Shown here: one piece after another, positions 58,836 through 64,000 of the stretch
How positions within the stretch are numbered: the first letter of the stretch is position 1
Layout: each line of letters opens with the position of its first letter
From: Sphingomonas sp.
GTDB lineage: Bacteria; Pseudomonadota; Alphaproteobacteria; Sphingomonadales; Sphingomonadaceae
Direction of reading: 5' to 3'
Assembly: GCF_041661885.1 (NCBI RefSeq)
Contig: NZ_JBAZTL010000009.1
Coordinates: 3,381-67,380 of the forward strand
DNA length: 64,000 bases
The notes under the pieces: model-generated
What the model saw: only the letters and a program-made list of their open reading frames with translations
The model's database searches: none
What the model was told of the DNA's origin: nothing
Made by a program: the position numbers and the translations under genes

Positions 58836-59534
58836 TCAGAAACGAGTAAAAAGACCGACCAGCGGAACAGTCTGCAACGCCGTTTGGAGCAACTTGGCAT
58901 TTTGATTGCCATCCACCACCACAATGTCGTTAGCGAAAATCTCGGGATCTTTTCCGGCGCCACGGCGAATGTCCGTAAGATCGAACGCCGCTGCCATGCG
59001 CTGGCCGTTGATCGTCCGGAAAATGACCGTGCGGCGCGGATTTGCGGAATCGTTCGTCCCGTGCGCCAGCGCGATTGCCTGCAACAACGTGGATTTACCC
59101 GCGATCGCATAAACCCCCGGGGCGCCGACCGCACCATCCACCGTAATGCGTTGGCTGGAAGCCGATTTGAGCTGCACCTGAACCTTCGGGTTGCGAAGAT
59201 AGCTGCGCTCAAGCGCGACGGTGACATCGTGCGCGGCATCGTCAGGCGACCGGCCCGACAACACCAGACTGCCGATCAACGGCAATTGGACCCGACCAAG
59301 TTCGTCGACGGCATAATCGCCCGAATATTCGGGCACCCCGAAGACGCTGATCGTCAGCACGTCGGACGGCCCGATCTTGTAAGCCTCGGTCACGGGAATG
59401 GCGGCAGGCGCGTCGGGTGCCACAAAGCCTGACGGATTATAAGGCACCTTTCCGCCGCGGGTAGCGCACCCGGTCAGCGACACCAATGCCAACAGCCCCG
59501 CAGTCATCCAGCCAAGAGATGCGCGCATTCTCAT
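58836..59534 (-). CDS. wza: Outer-membrane polysaccharide export lipoprotein
   Basis: Lipobox LTGC, YKIGPSDVL, GRVQLPLIG, YLRNPKV, SLBB-like VDGAVGAPG; SD GAGGA. Confidence 0.9.
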   Translation of the reverse strand: MRMRASLGWMTAGLLALVSLTGCATRGGKVPYNPSGFVAPDAPAAIPVTEAYKIGPSDVLTISVFGVPEYSGDYAVDELGRVQLPLIGSLVLSGRSPDDAAHDVTVALERSYLRNPKVQVQLKSASSQRITVDGAVGAPGVYAIAGKSTLLQAIALAHGTNDSANPRRTVIFRTINGQRMAAAFDLTDIRRGAGKDPEIFANDIVVVDGNQNAKLLQTALQTVPLVGLFTRF

Positions 59535-59760
59535 CTGTATCCTCACATCATGCGCCGGCAAAAGTCACCGCTCTGCCCAAGCCTCTAACGTGCAGGGGAT
59601 TAGCGTCAAGCATCGACGTGTCGCTTCGAGGCAATGATCGTGTCGCCAACGACCGCTCCTTTGCGTCGCGGCCATCTCGCGCCAGTTAATGCGAAGCGAC
59701 CTCGGCAATTGACATCACGTCGCAACGCCGAGCAAGGGTTGGCGGATTCGGGGGGCCCAA

Positions 59761-60747
59761 ATGACCAGTGCACAACCTACAGTGCTCGTGACCGGTGGTG
59801 CCGGCTACATCGGCAGCCATGCCTGCAAGGCGCTGGCCGCCGCTGGATATCTGCCGGTTGCGCTCGACAGCCTGGTTTATGGTCATGAATGGGCCGTGCA
59901 ATGGGGACCGCTGGAGCAAGGCGACATTCTCGATCGTGCCTGGCTCGACCGGATCCTCCAGCAATATCGCCCGGCGGCGATCATGCATTTTGCGGCCTTC
60001 GCTTATGTGGGGGAATCGGTCACCAATCCCGGAAAATACTATCGCAACAACGTCGCGGGCACCCTGACGCTGCTCGAGGCGATGCGCGACAATGGCGTCG
60101 GTCGCTTTGTATTTTCGAGCACCTGCGCGACTTATGGTATCCCCGACACGGTCCCGATCGTCGAATCCACCATCCAGCAACCAATCAATCCCTATGGCGC
60201 CTCCAAGCTGATGGTGGAACGGATGTTGGCAGATTTCGAGGCCGCCCACGCGCTGCGCTGGATCGCGTTGCGCTATTTCAACGCCGCCGGCGCTGACCCG
60301 CACAACATGATCGGCGAAGCGCATGATCCCGAGACGCACCTCATTCCGCTGGCGCTCGATGCGGCGGCAGGGCGCGGCCCTGCGCTAACCGTGTTCGGGG
60401 ACGATTATAACACCCGCGACGGCACCTGCATTCGCGATTATATTCACGTTACCGACCTTGCCCAGGCGCACGTGCTGGCGCTGACCGCGCTGGAGCGCGG
60501 CGAGGCATCGCAACCAATTAACCTGGGCAACGGAGCCGGGTTCACCGTGCGGGAAGTAATTGCCGCAGTCGAACGCGTAACCGGGCTTTCCGTACCCCAC
60601 ACCATCGGCCCCCGTCGTGCCGGGGACCCGCCTTCGCTCATCAGCGATGCCGAACGAGCCCGGACGACACTAGGTTGGCGACCGGCTTATGCCGACCTCG
60701 ACCAGATCATCGCGACAGCGTGGGCCTGGCATCAGCGACGAATGTAA
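59761..60747 (+). CDS. galE: UDP-glucose 4-epimerase
   Basis: GGAGYIGSH, VGESV, YGASK, LRYFNAAGA, IRDYIHV. Confidence 0.94.
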   Translation: MTSAQPTVLVTGGAGYIGSHACKALAAAGYLPVALDSLVYGHEWAVQWGPLEQGDILDRAWLDRILQQYRPAAIMHFAAFAYVGESVTNPGKYYRNNVAGTLTLLEAMRDNGVGRFVFSSTCATYGIPDTVPIVESTIQQPINPYGASKLMVERMLADFEAAHALRWIALRYFNAAGADPHNMIGEAHDPETHLIPLALDAAAGRGPALTVFGDDYNTRDGTCIRDYIHVTDLAQAHVLALTALERGEASQPINLGNGAGFTVREVIAAVERVTGLSVPHTIGPRRAGDPPSLISDAERARTTLGWRPAYADLDQIIATAWAWHQRRM

Positions 60748-60785
60748 CGCGGGCTACAAGCGTTACAAAGCTTCTCAGTCTGCGG

Positions 60786-62132
60786 TCACCCGGTCAACCC
60801 GACACTCGACGCTCGGAAGTCGGGGCGAGCCGCGCGATGCCGACTGAAGTATTCAGCTATAATAACAAGAATATAAGCCAATGCCATTGGCCACAGCACG
60901 AACATGGTGATGTTGCGCCCGAGATTGAATGTCAGGCCGATACCGAACAGAAACAGGCAAGCTCGTAAAATCGTACCTTGCGCCCACAAGCGAGCCAGAA
61001 AAGCGCACCAAAGCCCCATCAACGCCGCAGAAAAAATAGGGCCAAAGATAAAGCCAAACTCCAGCACCCCTTGACCAATCATTCCTGTCGAAATGGTCGC
61101 CACCACACCAATATCGCCGGAACCTCCACTAAATCCACGGGCGATCGCATAATCGATACCTATCAACGGTTTGTCGGCCCAAATTGCTCGTGGAATGATG
61201 TTGCCGAGCTCCTGCAAAATTCCCACACCAAAGGTCTGATTTAATATACCAGTCCTGATGAATCCAATACAATACGTTAATTCAGACGCCATATTTAGAC
61301 CGGCGTGGCCTTTATCCTGCAAATTCTGCACCGTATCGAATCCAAAATTTCGGAATGTCACAATAAGTCGCATAGCTCTTTCAATAAAAATCCACGATGA
61401 AATAAGTAAAAATACCTTCCATACAGGACTAATTTTAGAAAAAATGAGATATGAAAAAATCATAGGCACAAATACGGCCAATGTTACGTTTCTGCTTCCT
61501 TGCAGAAAAGCGTATGGCCATGAAATTAAAATAACAAGGATGCATATTATTTGCATTCTTCGCTTTTTTAGCAAAGGCAGAAGCATTCCAAATGCTGCCA
61601 GAACCAAAATATAAAAATACCCGGCTAACGATACCGCGAAACCCAACGATCCCGCATCTGCGCCAGCCGCCCTTAACCACATTGAGTTCCCATTACGCGC
61701 CTCTACGGGAAAAAGGGCTGTAATAATATCTCCATTCAGCCTAAAAATACCAATAGAAAGGAGAGTCAACCAAAAAAAGATGATATACTTCAAAATACTG
61801 TCTGCAGGCAAATTATCCGATTCAATTTTATTTATCTTTTTAGGAGTCATCATTGAATAAAATAAAGTGGCCATGAAACGAAATGCTATTAAGAAAATCA
61901 TTACCGCAACAAAGCTTGTACTAATCTCATCCGCAGAAAATGTATTCATCATGTCGACCGATTCAATCGGTTCTAGCATGTACCAACCAAGAACTGTCGC
62001 ATAGATCATGAGCGCGGGCGCTGCCCATTTTTCACGCCACCGCAGACCCGCTTCAAAAACCAACGCAGCCAGAACCGCCAGGGCAAGCCAATAGCCGTCT
62101 GGTAGCGACCAAATAATCCCCAGATCACTCAT
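60786..62132 (-). CDS. Low-GC multi-pass membrane protein, putative Wzy polymerase
   Basis: 448 aa, about 10-11 TMs, AT-rich core, located between GTs in a polysaccharide locus. Confidence 0.65.
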   Translation of the reverse strand: MSDLGIIWSLPDGYWLALAVLAALVFEAGLRWREKWAAPALMIYATVLGWYMLEPIESVDMMNTFSADEISTSFVAVMIFLIAFRFMATLFYSMMTPKKINKIESDNLPADSILKYIIFFWLTLLSIGIFRLNGDIITALFPVEARNGNSMWLRAAGADAGSLGFAVSLAGYFYILVLAAFGMLLPLLKKRRMQIICILVILISWPYAFLQGSRNVTLAVFVPMIFSYLIFSKISPVWKVFLLISSWIFIERAMRLIVTFRNFGFDTVQNLQDKGHAGLNMASELTYCIGFIRTGILNQTFGVGILQELGNIIPRAIWADKPLIGIDYAIARGFSGGSGDIGVVATISTGMIGQGVLEFGFIFGPIFSAALMGLWCAFLARLWAQGTILRACLFLFGIGLTFNLGRNITMFVLWPMALAYILVIIAEYFSRHRAARPDFRASSVGLTG

Positions 62133-62962
62133 CGCGACGCGATTCCCTTCTGATGCGAATCCGTGCCGAGCGCCCCGCGCAGAGACCGGTCGTTGATTTC
62201 AATCGCCAACATGAGTTCCGCCAGCACGCGTTGGAAACAATAATAGAGTCCCGCCCGACCGTCCCACACATATCCGCGCCAGAATAGCGTGTAGCCCAGC
62301 ATGATGAAGGGAGCAGGCCAGCCGCGCTTCCGAAGACGGTCGATCCGCTTCAAGGTGGTGCGTTCGACCGACAACAGATGTTCAGCCTCCGCCTGTGCAT
62401 AGCGAATCTGGCTTTGAAACCAGCGTCCGATCGGTTTGCGATCGTCATGCGCGATCTTGCCGGCAAGGGCATCCACCCTCCCCTCGACAAGCACGCGATG
62501 CCCGTGGCCGTCATTACGGTATCGCGCCAGCGAACGGCGATACAATACCGTGCGCGCTGGATATAGCGTGCTGCGCAATGGCGTGCCGAACACACAATAA
62601 ACGAAATCGGCCATGAAACCTGCCACCGCGCTTGGCGGATCGAGCCGCGCGATTTCCCGTTGCAACGCCTCGCTCAGAACATAGTCGGCGTCGAGCGAAA
62701 GCACCCACTCGGTTTCAATTTGATCGAGTCCAAAATTGCATTGCTCTGCGAAACTGTCGAACGCGCGGTGGACGACCCGAACGCGCGGATGCGCGGCAAG
62801 AATGTCCAGCGTGCCATCGGTACTACCGCTATCGACCACCACGATCGAGCGCGCCCACGCCAGGGAATCAAGCGTGCGCGCGATGTTTTCCTTCTCGTTG
62901 AAGGTCAAAATAAGCGGCGTCACGAGCTGCGAGAAAGGGCCAGGATCAAGCAGATCGGTCAT
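62129..62962 (-). CDS. Glycosyltransferase family 2
   Basis: ILTFNE, VDSGSTD, SLDADY; ATGA overlaps at both ends. Confidence 0.88.
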   Translation of the reverse strand: MTDLLDPGPFSQLVTPLILTFNEKENIARTLDSLAWARSIVVVDSGSTDGTLDILAAHPRVRVVHRAFDSFAEQCNFGLDQIETEWVLSLDADYVLSEALQREIARLDPPSAVAGFMADFVYCVFGTPLRSTLYPARTVLYRRSLARYRNDGHGHRVLVEGRVDALAGKIAHDDRKPIGRWFQSQIRYAQAEAEHLLSVERTTLKRIDRLRKRGWPAPFIMLGYTLFWRGYVWDGRAGLYYCFQRVLAELMLAIEINDRSLRGALGTDSHQKGIASR

Positions 62963-64000
62963 ATTACGACCGTATCGGGCCTCGGCCCCTCCCGCAACAA
63001 CCAGGCATAAACGTCGCGCATCTGCCGCGCGATCTGATCCCACGTATAATGTTGCGCAACCAACGCCCGGCCACACCGCCCGATCGCGCGGCGCGCTTGC
63101 TCGTCCAGACCGAAAAGATCACCCAACCCGCCCGCGATCGAATCCGCCGACGGGCCAACCTCGACCGCTGCACCTGCCTCGAACGGGGCGTGCAAATTGC
63201 AGGCACGCGTCATCGCCACCGGCAGTTCGTAGGCAAGCGCCTCCAGCACCGCCATCGGGAACCCCTCGCTGTGCGAGGCAAGCACGAAGGCATCGCTCGC
63301 CGCAAGCATCGCGGTCTTCTCGCGATCGTAGAGCGGGCCCGCAAACACCACGCGATCGGCGAAAGGGGAAGCGGCGGCGCGCGCCTTCAACGTGGCGAGA
63401 TAGTCCTCCGGCCCCCAGCCAGCGATGACGAAACACCAATCGGGATGATGCGCCGCCGCCGCCAGGAAACCATCGAGGGTGGCCAGAACGTTCTTCTTGG
63501 GATGAATTCTGCTGAGATAGAGCAAAATCCGGCGCCCCTGGGCCTTTGCCGCGCGTGCGGCGGCGGGAGCATCCTGCAGGTCAATGCTGGTCAGATCGGG
63601 CAACGTCACCCCATTTGGAATAATACAGACCGGACCGTTGACGCCGAACGCCCGCGCAGATTGCAACTCCGCCTCGGTATTGACGTGCAAACACGCGGCA
63701 TCGCGCAACGCGGCGCGTTCGTAGAAAAAGGCCGCAGCCCGCTTCTTCAGTTGCGCATTGCCGACCGCCCACGGTTCCAACATGCCGTTTGCCGTCGTTA
63801 CATATGGGCCGCCCGTCCGCCGATGCCACTGGTGCGCGAGCACCGATGTGTACATCCACAGCGCGTGCAAATGCACGATGTCGGCATCGGCGGCGCGGAA
63901 AATGTCGCGCAATTGCGGCGAATAGCCAAAGCCGTGCGGCCCCCGCAACGCGCCCACATGCACCGGAATTTGGCGCCAGGCGGGCAAATCCTTGGCTGTT
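62959..64000 (-). CDS. Glycosyltransferase family 4 (5' end beyond the window)
   Basis: LSRIHPKKN, SEGFPMAVLEAL. Confidence 0.9.
   Translation of the reverse strand, partial: TAKDLPAWRQIPVHVGALRGPHGFGYSPQLRDIFRAADADIVHLHALWMYTSVLAHQWHRRTGGPYVTTANGMLEPWAVGNAQLKKRAAAFFYERAALRDAACLHVNTEAELQSARAFGVNGPVCIIPNGVTLPDLTSIDLQDAPAAARAAKAQGRRILLYLSRIHPKKNVLATLDGFLAAAAHHPDWCFVIAGWGPEDYLATLKARAAASPFADRVVFAGPLYDREKTAMLAASDAFVLASHSEGFPMAVLEALAYELPVAMTRACNLHAPFEAGAAVEVGPSADSIAGGLGDLFGLDEQARRAIGRCGRALVAQHYTWDQIARQMRDVYAWLLREGPRPDTVVI

Noticed and set aside
61563-61778. A/T runs of 6-7 nt in the putative wzy as phase-variable tracts
   Set aside because: Too short and expected in a gene of about 30% GC.

Overview
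High-GC alphaproteobacterial chromosomal segment, most like Sphingomonas. The taxonomy is inferred from gene order and protein style, not from a marker gene. Left half (1-31024) is mostly housekeeping and envelope genes: a partial GH18-deacetylase-GT2 fusion, ferredoxin-NADP reductase, tRNA-Pro(CGG), a trypsin-like autotransporter, pnuC plus a kinase, a peroxiredoxin, a CsgG-SH3 protein, lepA, a GGDEF-EAL protein, smr-mltA-tim44, secB-murJ-trpS, dnaA, rpsT, mutM, ubiE-ubiB, a split coaC/coaB, dut and moeB. Several REP-like palindromic repeats sit between these genes. Right half (31060 to beyond 64000) is a surface-glycan locus of at least 33 kb. It encodes 7 nucleotide-sugar enzymes, 8 glycosyltransferases including a priming transferase, 3 acyltransferases and 2 methyltransferase-like proteins. 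It carries both an ABC exporter (Wzm/Wzt with a C-terminal extension) and Wza/Wzc/Wzy-type machinery, plus a WaaL-like ligase. Most notable observations: (1) this hybrid ABC + ligase + Wza/Wzc locus in a lineage expected to lack lipid A; (2) an in-frame G13 tract in the O-acetyltransferase, a candidate phase-variation switch; (3) a 44-codon ORF running through a REP-like insertion that overlaps both the ubiE stop and the ubiB start; (4) split coaBC; (5) a GANTC- and palindrome-rich dnaA upstream region. No integrase, transposase, prophage or CRISPR array was seen.
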